DNA from: Antechinus flavipes
Lineage: Eukaryota
Direction of reading: 5' to 3'
Assembly: GCF_016432865.1 (NCBI RefSeq)
Contig: NC_067400.1
Span: forward strand, 73,656,001 to 73,720,000
DNA: 64,000 nt
A program made the translations under genes and the position numbers. Shown here in pieces: positions 39,391-53,476 of this stretch. A model generated the notes under the pieces. The model made no database searches and was not told the DNA's origin. It saw nothing but the letters and a program-made list of their open reading frames with translations. Within the stretch, counting starts at the first letter, position 1. Every line of letters begins with the position of its first letter.

Positions 39391-40961
39391 CTATTGGGAG
39401 GCAAAATAATATATTTTGAAAAAATTGCTGGATGAAAAATCAGGAGCCATAGGTTTTAGTTGTTACTATGTCCCTAATTAGCACAGGAAAATACCTAAAG
39501 CTTCTAAGTCTCTGTTTCTTTCTATTACAACAATGGATACTTATACAGGGCATCTCCAAAGTCTTAATGCCATTTGAAGCTGCTATGAAACTGTTAAAGT
39601 TAAAAACTTCAATAAGACTTTGGAGATATCCTGTATAAAACTGTAAATTTTGCCACACAAATTAGAGACATTCTTATCTCCTTAAGAATAACTAAATAAA
39701 GTTAAGCTTTATAGCTACTATTATTCCCATTTTATAGATGAGGAAACTGAGAAAGTTCAAGTCCAGAATCAACATATTATTACAAAATCAACATATTATT
39801 AAGTAAATAAAGTGGAATTGGAACCCACATCTTCTTGATTACAAATGCAGTAGTGTATTATTTTTCCCATTCTGTCAAGAAAGTACGGTATGGGGAAAAG
39901 AGAACTAAATTTGGAATTGAGGACCTTCATTTGAATTCTGATTATCTATGTAACTCTGGACTTTTGTCTAACTTGTCTAGCTCCTATGGAACTCAGTTTC
40001 TTTTGTAAAATGCAGGGATTGAAATAAATGATTTCTAAGGTTTCTTCTAGGACCAACATTTTTATACAATTCATTCAGATTCTTTTTAGAAACTCCTTAA
40101 CTTAATTGTATGGCATCACACTAATTCAAAGATCACAGATTTATCCTGATAATGTTTTCAGATTATTTGGTTTTTAAAACTAAAATAAGTGACATAATAA
40201 TAGAATAACTCAAAATGCCCCCTGATTTTTAATGGTGATCATGCATAAGATGAGACATTGTGTTCCCACATTTCCCACTTAATCAGAGAAAGGGCTTGCA
40301 GCAGTCTGCTTGAAATGAAATACTTCATATGTTACTTATGTGTTACTATAAAATAAAGACATTTTTATAAACTTTATTAAAAATTTTACTGTTTTCCTCT
40401 TCCATTGCTGAGGTATGATTATAGAGCAAAGTATTGGTACAGGTTCTACAATCCACACACAAAATTGAGTCTGACTACTTTATCCTTGCTCTGTTTATAA
40501 GGGTAAATTGGCCATTTATAGCAGGAGTTATTATGTGTATAGCCCAATTACAAATATGTAATCATATGTGAACATACAATTTGGATATTTTGCCAAGGTT
40601 CATGCTACTTAAATTATTGCTATTAGAATATAATTTTAGAAAATTATATTTTACTTTCATAGCTGAAGCTATTTTAGATTTTAGAATCCTTGAGAAAACA
40701 CACTGTTTTGAGACATTGTTTTGTTTTGTTTTGTTTTCTTAGTAAACCTTACTGTCTTATCCATAGTCAGTCATCAACCTTTCTAAAATACATATTTAGA
40801 TTTAAAAATTCCATTGAATTGCATTTAAGTATTTGTTATATCAAGATTTTATATATGTGTATATCTGTGGGTATCAAAAGCACCTATCCAAAATAACATA
40901 ATAGTACTATAAAAGGGTAAAAAAATAAAACCTAGGACTAAACAGATTAGAAATAATTTTA

Positions 40962-41131
40962 TTGCTGTGGTCAAAGTAATAGCAATGTTGTGGGATGATC
41001 AGCTGTGAATGACTTTGCTATTCTCAGCAATACAATGATCCATGACTACACTGAAGGACTTCTGATGAAAAATGCTATCCATATCCAGAGAAAGAACTGA
41101 TTGTGTCTGAATACAGATTGAAGCATAAAAA
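40962..41131 (+). mobile_element. Short marsupial L1 3'UTR fragment, truncated at both ends, with 13-bp TSD
   Basis: gatgatcagctgtgaatgactttgctattctcagcaatacaatgatcc...atgctatccatatccagagaaagaactga; agaaataatttta at 40949-40961 and 41132-41144. Confidence 0.8.
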
Positions 41132-41647
41132 AGAAATAATTTTAATTATAGCAAAAAACCATTAATCTAAGCCTAGCTTTATTATAGTCTTTCCAGTTTT
41201 ACTTCAAATGGCATTTTTCTGTAATACAAATGTACACACATACAGAATTAGTGTTTAATCAATATTTATACTATCATTTTAATAAAGAGTTAGTCTTTGT
41301 AGAAAAAGCAATATTGACAAAATCACGAGCTTTATAGGCTTACAGAGTCAAAAAGGATCTAAAAGATTATCTAATCTAATCTCTTATTTAAAGATGAGGA
41401 AATTGAAGACCTCAGTCATAAGCAACAGAGCCTGAATTCCAACCCAAGTCCTTGCATCATAAATCCACAATTGCTGCTGTCTCTCAGATAACATAGGTCT
41501 TAGTTACTGCTAAATGGGAGCATGATGGTCAAATTTATGAGTCTGCTGAAAATATCAGAATCATGGTGGCATACTGGAAAATATACTGACCTAGGAATCA
41601 GAAGATTTTGATACTAATTATAGCTCTGTTCTTCATTATGATAGAAA

Positions 41648-41845
41648 AAGCTAGGTTACAATAGATAAGAGTGCTGGACCTGTATTTAGGGAAGCACTCA
41701 GACACTGCCTGCCTCAGTTTCCTTAATTGTACAATGGGGACATAATGGGGAGCACCTAGCTCTAAGGTAATTGTGAGGATTAAATGAGATAATGTTTGCA
41801 GAGTACTATGTAAACCCTAAAGCACTATTTAAGTGATAGCTATAA
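41648..41845 (+). mobile_element. MIR/CORE SINE
   Basis: gcctcagtttcc...gtgaggattaaatgagataat...aaagcactat. Confidence 0.7.
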
Positions 41846-43298
41846 GCATCATTTTTAAATTTTGAAGAGATAAATGGCCAATTGACTGAATAATAAATTA
41901 TTATTGCTGAATTTTTTCTACTTAAAAGTAAATTGGAGTTGTCAATATTAATTATAGTTGTCTAAAAGTTTTCATTTTGTGTCACCTTTTTCTTCCTAAG
42001 TTCTGAATCCTGGAGAGAGTTCCTACTGGGTCTGTGATAACTTTTGACTAAAAACTCTTGCTTCACAGTAAGGAATAAATGTTCTCTTATTAATAGTGAT
42101 AAACACTGAAACCTATGGTCCTAGGCTTCTTCTCTTATTTCTAAGCTTTTAGAGTCAACCAAAATAAACTTAAAATGCCTTATGTAAAAACCAAACAAAA
42201 TTTGTACCATGTCCTTCTCCCCACCTTCTTGCCTAGACTAAATAATAATGAATGTCAGCAAAAGTGAAAACCTCAGATAATGACCTCAAAGTGAACACTG
42301 TCTAAGTTTTCCATGTCCTTCCAATTTAAAATCTTGACTGTATGCTTTATGAGAAGATAGATTCCTCATTGAATTTCTACCATCTAGCTCTTTCATTTCT
42401 AGTTGAAAACATTTATTAGCAAAGTTATTTTTGATAGCATGGCAGCTCTGGTCTTCATTAGAGTCAGAGAACATGATCCCTTCCACAAGAAAAAATTCAA
42501 GCAACCAAACAAAAATTTACAACTCATAAGACATTTTAAATTCAAATAGTCCCTTGTTTGTCACTGCTTTAAATTCTCCATGAGTATCAAAAACACCAAG
42601 AAACCCCATAACTATATAGAAAGTAATTAAGTTCTCCTTTTGAAAAAAATTTAACACTACTGGCCCAATGTTGGTATAACTATATTTTTTTCTTCTTGTT
42701 TTTCAAGTGACAAAGATGACTTTACACTGTTCCATCCACATTTTCTCATGTAGTTCTTTTTGGAACCAAAGGTTTCTGCTTGCATGGCAGCTGACAGGTT
42801 TTAAAGGTAATTAGAACCTCTCTTTTAAGATATAGATCTCCAACTACCTGAAGGACAATTCCACCTGAATGTTGCACAGGGACCTCCAAAAAATTATGAT
42901 TAAATTGAGTTTATTTTCCCCAAAAAAATTTTCTTCCTTCTAATATTATTGTTTCATTCTAAGTCACCAGAATCCTCTATTTGGACCTGTAGGGTGCTTT
43001 TTGCTTCTTTCTTCTTCTCTCTTCCCAAGTACAATCTATTAAGACCATTCTACCTCTTTTTGCATCTTTCTCTTTCATTCTGGACATACTGATCTAATAT
43101 ATGTCCTCCATACTATGTTTTTGGTCTATCATAATTAGCTCCCACTTCCCCTCTCTCTTACTTCTACTCCATACTTTATTCATATTTATGTTAAGCTAAT
43201 CTTCCTGATGTAGAGATATGGTAATATTATTCATTTGGATAAAGACTTGTAGTAGTTCCCTATAGCCTATAGAATAAAGTTACAGGATATTAGCTTTA

Positions 43299-43537
43299 TT
43301 TTTTTATGTTTGCCATAATCTTTTTTTTAAATTTTATTTAATAATAACTTTATATTGACAGAATCCATGCCAGGGTAATTTTTTTTTACAACATTATTCC
43401 TTGCACTCGTTTCTGTTCCGATTTTTCCCCTCCCTCCCTCCACCCCCTCCCCTAGATGGCAAGCAGTCCTATATATGTTAGATATGTTGCAGTATATCCT
43501 AGATACAATATATGTTTGCAGAACTGAACAGTTCTCT
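43299..43537 (-). mobile_element. Young 5'-truncated L1 3' end (dasyurid type) with perfect 15-bp TSD
   Basis: Minus strand: G-rich tract, ...aattaccctggcatggattctgtcaatataaag..aataaa..(A)n; aggatattagcttta at 43284-43298 and 43538-43552. Confidence 0.88.
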
Positions 43538-44746
43538 AGGATATTAGCTTTAGAACTAAAAGTGACCTCTCATTTTAGAGATAACAAAGAAATCATAGTG
43601 GTAGAAAGTATTGTTAGGAACAAAGCCCACATCCTTTAACTTCAAATACACTCTTCTCATTACATTATAGTTCCTCTGAGCTCAAACCCTATTTTCCTAG
43701 AATTTAAGACCTGCCATCCAATATTATCCTACTTTTCCGGCCTTATCTTCTCTTCACAATATGATCTAGTCAAATAAATGTATTCTATGCTCACCATAAA
43801 TGTTATGGTTTCCTATTCCATGCCTTTGCTCATTCAGTGCTTCGGGAATGTTCTTGCTCTCCAACTATACTATTGGAATTCCAATTCAACTCAAATACCC
43901 CTTTCTCTACAAACTTGTCTTTCAGATCCTCTTTCCCCTTCAAATTCATACAACACTTAGTTTTGGCTATCTTCTTCCCTATCTCTACATTATAGTGATA
44001 GTTTTCAATGGCTTATCTTTCTATTCCATGGAAAGAGGCACTGGAGATCCATAAAACAATGGTTAAATTTTTGTTTCTTCTTGAACATCTAACACAGTAT
44101 TTTAAAACATTTATTATGTGGTTTTTAAATTGAGTTAAAAGTTATAACAACATCACTAAGTTATTCCAGTGACATGGGAACCGGATGGTAAAACTCTATA
44201 CTCTGTGTTTCTTTGAGAGTTCTTTAAGAATTAGGAGAAAATTTTAGAAATCATCTATTCCAAAACCTTATTTTATAAATGAGGTAACCTAGATCATTTC
44301 CTGTTGTCTCTTAAATTATTTTATTAGCTTTAGGATTATAGATCTAGATATAGAAAGGACTTTCAAAGATCAAATAGTCCAATTTTCTAATTTTACAGAT
44401 GAAGAAAATGAGATTCAGAGAGATTATCACTTTTCCAAAATTGTACAGCTAATAATCATCAGAGACAGTATTTGATCCTAGGTTCACTGATTTCAATGCC
44501 ATGGTGTCACTGTTATTATTTTCACTCATTGAACATTATAAATAAAATCAGTTTAAAAGAACTTTGAAATTCCTTGAGGATCAGCATTGTTTCTGATATT
44601 TTCCTATATATAGCAATCAGAAAAATATTCAGCTTATACAAAATACCTAAATAAGATAATTTAAAAGGATGCGATTTTCAGAGGAATAATAAAGCAATTG
44701 TTATCCTTTATCCTCTTTTCAAATTATTTACTTGTCAACCACGTTA

Positions 44747-45037
<291 letters not shown>

Positions 45038-45732
45038 TCAGACAACATTTAACTAAACTTTGTTGAACTGCTAAGCATTAAGAAAGAAATCCAGAATACA
45101 AGCCTGAATTTCATAGAATGATTGTGTTCATTTCATGTCAGAGTTACATATGAGTCTATGTTCTGTACAGCATTTCATTAAACATATGTCAGAAAATTTG
45201 AACTATGATAAAGTATCTAGGCATAGTTCACCTAAAATATTCACCCACTTAAACCAAGGTGCATTTTAAAAATCTGTATTTTCTCAGCCCCAAGCAAGTA
45301 AGTGCCCTATTCCTCTGACATATAAGATGTTTACTTAGACATTTCTTAGTGACCTATTCTAAAGTCAAAATTTCTAAGATATCCTGAAAAGGTATAAGAA
45401 TGACTACCCTTAGGAAGGCAGAGTATTAAGAAAGAACAGTCAGATAAATGGCAAGCCAGAATTGTGAAGTATGTGAGGAGTGAGGCATATTCTAACTCTA
45501 AATCAACATTTAAGATAATTCTATCTATATATCAACCTAAGGCAACTTGCTAAGCCTAAACCAACAGAAATTTTAGCCTTCTCCATTATAACAAAAACTA
45601 TCTTTCTTAAGTGTTTGGGAAGTTGAAAAGAATAACAAGCAGAATCAAAGAGTTTGAGAGCTGGAATGACAATTAGAAATCTTAGAACTTAGAGCCACAT
45701 GGAAAATTATGTATATTATACAATAATTATTA

Positions 45733-45738
<6 letters not shown>

Positions 45739-45778
<40 letters not shown>
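45739..45778. repeat. (TA)16(CA)4 microsatellite
   Basis: Directly visible. Confidence 0.93.
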
Positions 45779-46662
45779 TAGAAATTATCTAGTTGGATTC
45801 CCTCAGTTTCTAGATGAGGAAACGGAAGTTCATCAAGGGAAACTAAGTGGCCCAAAGTCACACATCTAACAAGTGACAAAGCCAGAATTAGAAGCAAGGT
45901 ATCCAGGGAACTTATATATAGGCAAGTGCTTAAGTACATGTTGATTGATTGATTGATCAGCCCAGAATTCTTCTCGCTATACTACCAAACACTTTATAGA
46001 CATACATATATAAATGCTAAATGAGATCTATATTAACAACAGCAGTGGGTAGAATTAATTCACTTTCTAATCATATTTGCACAAGTTGTTGACTTAAGAT
46101 ACCTATCAACCTCATCCAGTTACTGCAGCTGTTTGGTTAGGTTTTTTTATTTTATTTTTATTTTTTTTGGTTTTGACCTGTAGAAAAACCACAGGTCATT
46201 TGGCTTTGTAGGAGATTCGCTACCCCCCTCTCCTCAAAAAAGGCATTGAATGCTGGGTTTCTACGGCATCATTTGTCTACATCTTGCCACAAGGCTTCCC
46301 AATGTACAGAAGTTGATTAAGGACTGAAATTAAGGACTAATTTGCACTTTTCAACAGCATCTGCAAGGCAGAATTAAGAAACAGATTTTGAGCAGACTGC
46401 TTTGACCACCCAGATTTTGATTAGTTTATGATTAGCTGACAGACAAAGCGAACAAGCTATGCTATTTGCTTCAATCTGGCATCAGACTCATTAATAACTG
46501 TGTCCTCAGGGTTCCACAGATGATTTGCAGGCAACATACAGAAATGTAGAATATAGTTTGTAAATACAGCACAGTCTGCCTCTGGCAGTGAGTTTTCCAT
46601 TTGTATTCTAGAAATTGGGTATCTGCCCTTATATAAACCCATTCTCATTAGTCCTAGACTTA

Positions 46663-46896
<234 letters not shown>

Positions 46897-47524
46897 TTAA
46901 TTGAGGGCAGCTGCCTACAACCTGTCTAACCTATTTCATAATCTGCCTTCATGATACATGATACATGATACCTTGGCCCCCAAGGTCCATTCAGGAAAAG
47001 CCTAATTTCAAGGCAATATTTCCCACATCAAATTTGACTGCTTGGGAAATGCATGAACATTTCTGGAAAGATTTTAAAATATTTCCATGTGGAGGTAAAC
47101 AACAACAAAAAGAATCTACTGAAAATAACTTTAATTTTGTATTCCCTCAATATTCATTGTGATACAATAGAAATTGTGGACAGAAATCAGGATAAATGAA
47201 TTCTACTCTGGTCTCTGCCAATTTTTTTTTTTTGCCAGAGTCTATGTGACTCTCGTTCAATCACTTAATCTTTCTGATCCTGTTTCCTCAATCATAAAAT
47301 GGAGGAAAGGGTATAATAATCATAAATAATATATATATATTATATGTATATAAATAATAATAATAAATTTCCCTTATATATCTCTCTAAGCAAATGTAAT
47401 ATATTATTACTGCTACTTTGTCTGGCCAATAATTGCTACCAGAAGAAGAAAGAATCATAATAACATGAAAGATCTCATGCCTTAATGCATTATATAGTTA
47501 CTCCCATTATATATATTCCTCTAC

Positions 47525-47669
47525 CTGTATGGACTCCCATGGCATCAACATTTTCCATGTTACAGACTGTGACACAATTATCTGCTGAATCTCGTACAAC
47601 TTCATATTCTATCTCTTTCCATCCTGTTACTGATCTCTCCACCAGAATTTGGTTAGTCATTGCAAATGC
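47525..47669 (-). CDS. CPS1: CPS1 exon 17 (145 nt; [48 protein letters not shown])
   Basis: Read manually; tag|GCA acceptor, G|gtagag donor; [12 protein letters not shown] and GVHTG motifs. Confidence 0.97.
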
Positions 47670-49593
47670 CTAGAAATAAGAATTTTGGGGAAAAAAAGAT
47701 TAAAAAGAATTTTAAAAAACAAAGTCAAAGTGTTTCTTAAATATGACAAGATATGGATGGTGGTGGTAGTAGTATTGGTATTGGTGATGGTTTTCTAATC
47801 AACTACTTAGCTTTTGTGAAGTTTGGCAGATGTCCTGGATCAAATCCTGGCCAACATCAGCATCTCTAGCCCAGTTAACTGTTATTCTCAACACTCAAGA
47901 AGGCACAAGGTGTCAGAAAAATCAGAGCAATGCTAGAAATAACATCTAGCTATGATTATGCTTGATTTACGTTATTGAGAGTTGCCATTCAAATTGCTGA
48001 TATGGCATTAAATCAACCTAATTTTTATAAAGGAGAAAATAATTGAGCAATCAGGCATAGAAAAATGAAATTATTTCCGTGGTTAGGCTTCTGTGAAACT
48101 GAAGAATATGACATAAATAAATGTGGGGAAAAGAAATCTGGAGACTCTAACTTCTCTAAATAGTAGTTCCATTGCCCTATGAGAGGGTCTAATATTAAGC
48201 AAAGGTTAGGTGACTGTGATGTGGAAAATGAAGAGCAAAGTAATAATCATAAACAGAAACATGTTTCAATCAACAATAACAATTTTAAAATCCACATTTT
48301 TAAAATTAGAAATTGCTATAGAAATACATGGCATGGCTCTTTTCAGTGGTAGTGTCAGTACTTTTGCACTACACTGACATGTGTCTTAGGCTATATAGCC
48401 TGAGTAGGCATATAAATTAGAATAATTGTTATAATTATTTAAAGTTTACTGTATAATCAAAGTCAGAAAGAGATTAAACCAAAAATGTGTCAGGACATTT
48501 AGCTCCTGCAAATACAAAACATAACAAAATGTCCATTTTTCTTGGTCTGTGACAGAAAATGATAGGATATTCAAGATGAAATGGACCTTGAAGGTCATGT
48601 GGTCTAGGTTCTACTTAAAACATGTATTTAATTAGGAATCAGAAAGGGAAATGAAAGCCTCAATGGCAATGGCATTTATTTCTGCAAATCCTTGGAATCA
48701 TTCAACCCAGAGAAGCATCAAGCTGGATATTTCCCCTTGAACTGTTTCTGTACTTTTCCATTTATTTTGCGCTTTTGCAAACAGCCTGGCATAGAGTAAG
48801 CACTTAATATATATTTGTTGATTGAGTTAATTGAGTGATACTACCACCAAGATCCATTAGCTAACAGCTATTGACTATATGATAGTATCAGTCTTTGAAA
48901 AGGGAAACAAGTTTCCAGATGTATTTTTCAATATTTATCTGCACTTGTATTTTTCAAGTTAACAGAAGCACAAAAACTAACTGACTTCATCTGCCCATGC
49001 CCTACTGCCGATTTGTTTTTCTTCTTCTTAAGTTAGGTTGATTTAAAACCTCTTCATTTCAATGGCAAACACTTGTAATGAAAAGAAAGCAAACATCAAA
49101 AAAATGCTTTGTAATGAAAGAGTTCTAGTTGCCTATTAGGTTTCAGTCAAGTCTCAAAGTAGCTCATCTATTTATTGGAAAAAGTAAAGAAGCTCAGTTG
49201 AGAATCAAAATTGTATCATCAGATTATCAAATAATCAAATTATTTCCACAAATTAAAAATCAAATTATCTCAACAAATATTTATTAAGCACCTATTGAGT
49301 GTAGAGCATTATACTAGACTCTTTATGCAAATATGAATAACATGATCCCCAGGTTTCAAAGAGTTTACAGTGAAAGTTTAAATAACAATTAAAACTCTAA
49401 GTAGCAATTCAAGACAATAGTAGATGAGTTATCCCAAATAAGTCCATGATTAATTGTCAAATAAATTGCTAAGGGGAGTTAGGAAGAAAGTTACCATTTT
49501 AAGCATCCGAAGCCCAACAAAACTTGGTCCCTTCCTATCTTTCCAATATTCTTATAATTCCCTCCCTATACACTATCTACTTATGTTGAACTG

Positions 49594-50030
49594 TTGCTGT
49601 TGTTTGTCCTTCTTTCTCAAAGAGGACTAAGACATCAGGGAGATGATGAGATGGCCCACAAGTGAGTTGGATTTTAGTTAGGGATGGCTATGCAAGGTCA
49701 CCTGTCTCACCTTCCTCTCCAAAGCCATCTAGATCCAGTGGCCAGATACAGATCAGGAAATGGGAAATGGCCTTGGATGAAATGAAAAACCTTGGACTTT
49801 TTTAAGCTAAGTTCTTCAACTGGCCTCAGTTTGAGGCCACAGCCATCCAGTAATTAAGGCTAGGTAACAATTGACACAAAAGATTTTCCTCTTTCACTTA
49901 ATTAAAACAAAATAATAATCTAAATAAATAAATCTGGGGAGGGAAGGTCTTCAGGGTTTCTGGCCAAAGAAGAAATGACTGCTATTTATATTCAGAGTCA
50001 ATCAGAACCCAAACAGAATATAGGACTAAT
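49594..50030 (-). mobile_element. RTE-related marsupial SINE (WALLSI/RTESINE class; exact family uncertain)
   Basis: gttgtttgtccttc..aaagaggac..gacatcagggag...atctagatccagtggccagata; (CAA)-like RTE tail on the minus strand. Confidence 0.6.
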
Positions 50031-50759
50031 CCCTCAAATACTACACTTCATCTCCTGATAGCTTTACTTTTCACTAGCCATCTCCCATATTTGAAATGCT
50101 CTCTCTGTATACCGCCTTCTCTTGACTTCTATGGCTGACTTCAAGACATCTCAAATTTCACCTTCAGACCTTTTCCTTATCCCAATTTATATTTTGCCTC
50201 TGAGATTACTTTCCATTTACACTATATAGGTCTAGTATTTACATAAAGATTTACATATTGTCCTTCTTAGAATAAGGCTTTCCTGAGGATAGAGACCATA
50301 TTTTTCCTTTTACTTTTATTCCCAGTCTTTAGCAAAGTGGCTGGCTTAATAAATGCTTTTTAACTGAATAACTTTAAATTGAAAGTAGTAAAAGATTTTC
50401 AGGGCATCAAGACTTTCAAGACTTGATCTTAAAGTATAAGTAAAATTTGGATAGGAAGAGCAAAAAAGGAAAGATGAAGAGGAAGGAGGAAACATGATAT
50501 TATGTAGTTCTATATATGTTTTATCTTAATTAAAAGCAGTCCTATTTTCTTTTGGATTGACTTAAATTTACAAAAAATGGATTAAAACTATGTTTTTTTG
50601 TGTTGTCTTTTCAGAAATTAAATGCCTCTAAAGACCAGAAACCTTATATTTTTCTATTAACATATCTGCACACTGTGGTTATTGAATTCATATAGAACCT
50701 GATGGTTCAACCATGATTTTAAATATATTTGTAGAGTTGCCTATAATCAATAAAAAAAA

Positions 50760-51230
50760 AATACACTCTTCCTTTCAGCATTTAAAAGCCCTTTGCAACT
50801 GACTCTTTCCTATATTTCAGGATTAATGTGCATTGGACTCCTTTATATACTCTATCTTTCAGTCAAACTGATCAACACCATCTTCTGTTTCTGTGTCTTC
50901 ACATAAACTGAGCCACATGTCTAGAATGTTCCCCCTTCTTACCCTTGTTTCACAAAATCCCTCTCTTCCTTCAAGGCTCAATTCAAATGCCACTTCCCAC
51001 AGGAGGCCTTTCCTAATCCCCACAATAACTCTTTTTTTGCCTCCGTTAGAATTTACATTAAACTTATTTTGTACATATTTTCAGTTATATTTATGTGTAC
51101 ATGCTTTCTTCTTTGCCCCCAATAGACTATAAGTTCCTACCCTTAGAGGCAACACCTCTTTTTTTAGTCATTGTGTCTCCAATACTTAGTACATTGGATG
51201 CTTAAAAATGCTTGTTCAATGAATTTTAAT
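50760..51230 (+). mobile_element. L2 3' region
   Basis: ggctcaattcaaatgccacttcccacaggaggcctttcct...aaaaatgcttgttcaatgaat. Confidence 0.7.
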
Positions 51231-52179
51231 TGCTAATAAACATGCATTATTAGTAATAATCATGTTAATTAGTATCATTTGACATTTGTAGAAAGCCTTA
51301 ACTATAGATCCGTAAGAAATTCTTTGATTTAAATCCACAATCTCAGAATCTCAAAAAAAAATATGAAACATTTATCTTAGAATGTTTCCTTTTTCTCACT
51401 ATTTTAAAAATAAAATCTGAATTGATGTATAAGTCTGTCACTGTGTTTGATTATTTGAACACATACAAACTTACTTAACATCTGTTCCCCAGAAATATGA
51501 TGGATAATTTAGAAACTATCATCTGGCTTATCCCTCACCCCAAAAGGCAGTAATGATGAAGCTCTTGGATGACTTGTATTTGAGCTCTTTACTAAGACAA
51601 CATAGCCCTAAAACAACCATCTGACACAATTTCATGGCAGGAATGAGAGTGTAAGAGAACCATATAGTCATGGTCAATTATGTTAGTTCCCAAGCTGTAT
51701 CCTTACTCAACTACTGCTATTTTTGTTCAGGCTTCATCCTGCTCACCACTCATTGGTAAACATTTTAATTTTCATAAGGTTCCCCTACACACAAAGGAAA
51801 ATGCATTCAATAAAGTGTTAAAGGGATGAGTTTTGACAGAGAAATGGATCTTATGAGCTTCCTTTTTACTTTCTCATTTTCGTGTATAATAGTGAACCAA
51901 TAAGCTCATTAACTTCTGTTTCTAAAAAGGTTATACATATTTAGGCTTTGCCTGAACTTCATACCTGAATCACAATATAGCCAGGTTTAACTGTGTGAAT
52001 TTTTTTCATCCTTATTAGTAATTAGTAAATAGTAAAGAATATTTACTAATAAAGATGAATAAGGATGGATAAAACATAGCCATAATACTTTAGAGAATTG
52101 AACAGATGAAAATCTGTACTTCTCTTTAGTGATCTACTATTTTTAAAGTAGTCACCCAGGTTTTCAATCTTAAATTCAT

Positions 52180-52800
52180 CCTCAACTTTTTACTGTCATC
52201 ATCCCTAATCCAAATCTTGTTAATTCTACCTTCAAAGATGATAAAAACATCTATTTTATAAAGCTGTAGAAAATTATGTTTCCTCTTTCCTCTTCTCTCC
52301 ATTCATAGCATTAATTTCCTAGTTCAGGCCTCAGTCAATTCTCACCTGGATTGTCCTAACAAATTTACCCACCTGCTCTCTTTCCTCTCCATTTTTCACA
52401 GAAACCCAATATAAATAGTAGGTCTGATTTTGTCATTTGCCTACTCATAAAGCTCCTGTGGCTCCCCATTGCCTTGAAGAGGCAACATAGGAGGTAAAAT
52501 ATTAAATCCTATGTTTAAGATTTGAAGACCTTTACAAACTTTTTCCAGCCTATCCTTCCAGGATAATTATACATTATTTCCCTTATATATGATGTTACAT
52601 CAAAATTACTCTATTTGTTGTTTTGTAAAAGCAACACTATTTCTCCCACCTTTATACTTTTTCCCCCATCTCTCCCTTATGACTGGAATGTTTGTTCCTC
52701 CTTACCCCTAATTCTTGAAGCTTTTAGTTGTCCCTTTTAGGAGCAATTCAAGTATCATCTCCAACAAGGCCTTTTCAGATTTATCCAATTGTTAGTTACT
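52180..52800 (+). mobile_element. L2 fragment
   Basis: ctagttcaggcctc...ctcacctgga...gctcctgtggctccccattgcc. Confidence 0.55.
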
Positions 52801-53347
52801 CTAGTCCTAGGCTACAACTCTGAAGTTACTAAGAATTCTTAATAACACCAGCACAAATCAATCAAAAATTATTTGCAAACAGCTATCACCATTTTCCTTT
52901 TCTGGGGGTAAATCAGACAATAATATCTAAAATAAACATCATGTATCTGGGGAATAGATGTTCATTAATAATTTATTCAATTTGCTGGGTATAGTCAAAG
53001 CCATGCCTTTATTTCCAGTAGGAAAAGAAAACAACACCTCAACTTCAAACCAATCTTACCTATGTATGATAAAGTATATTTGCCAATATACTTATTAATG
53101 TTTTGGGATAGAATTTAGAAGTAAAAGAAGACAGAAATTAATCATAAGTTCATACTACTGAAGTTAACAAAATGTATAACAAATATTGACTTTTAGAAAA
53201 CAGTAATTAACAAAGAAAAAATGTGTCTATATATATATGTATATATATATATATATTCACAGCTATGTTTATTTTTGCTGGAGGTAGAATTATCTCTAAA
53301 TGATATTATATATAGCTGCTAGCAAGTTCAACTTTAGACTCACACAC

Positions 53348-53476
53348 CTTTGTGCCAAGATCCAATAGGCTTTCCTTGTTTGGACAGATACCTGATCCTA
53401 ATCCACCAAGGGCATAGGCAGAACGTATCATTACTGGGTAGCCAATCTTGTCTGCTGCCTTTAAAGCATCATCAAT
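53348..53476 (-). CDS. CPS1: CPS1 exon 16 (129 nt; [43 protein letters not shown]), ATP-grasp loop
   Basis: Read manually (not in ORF track); cag|ATT acceptor, AAG|gtgtgt donor. Confidence 0.97.
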
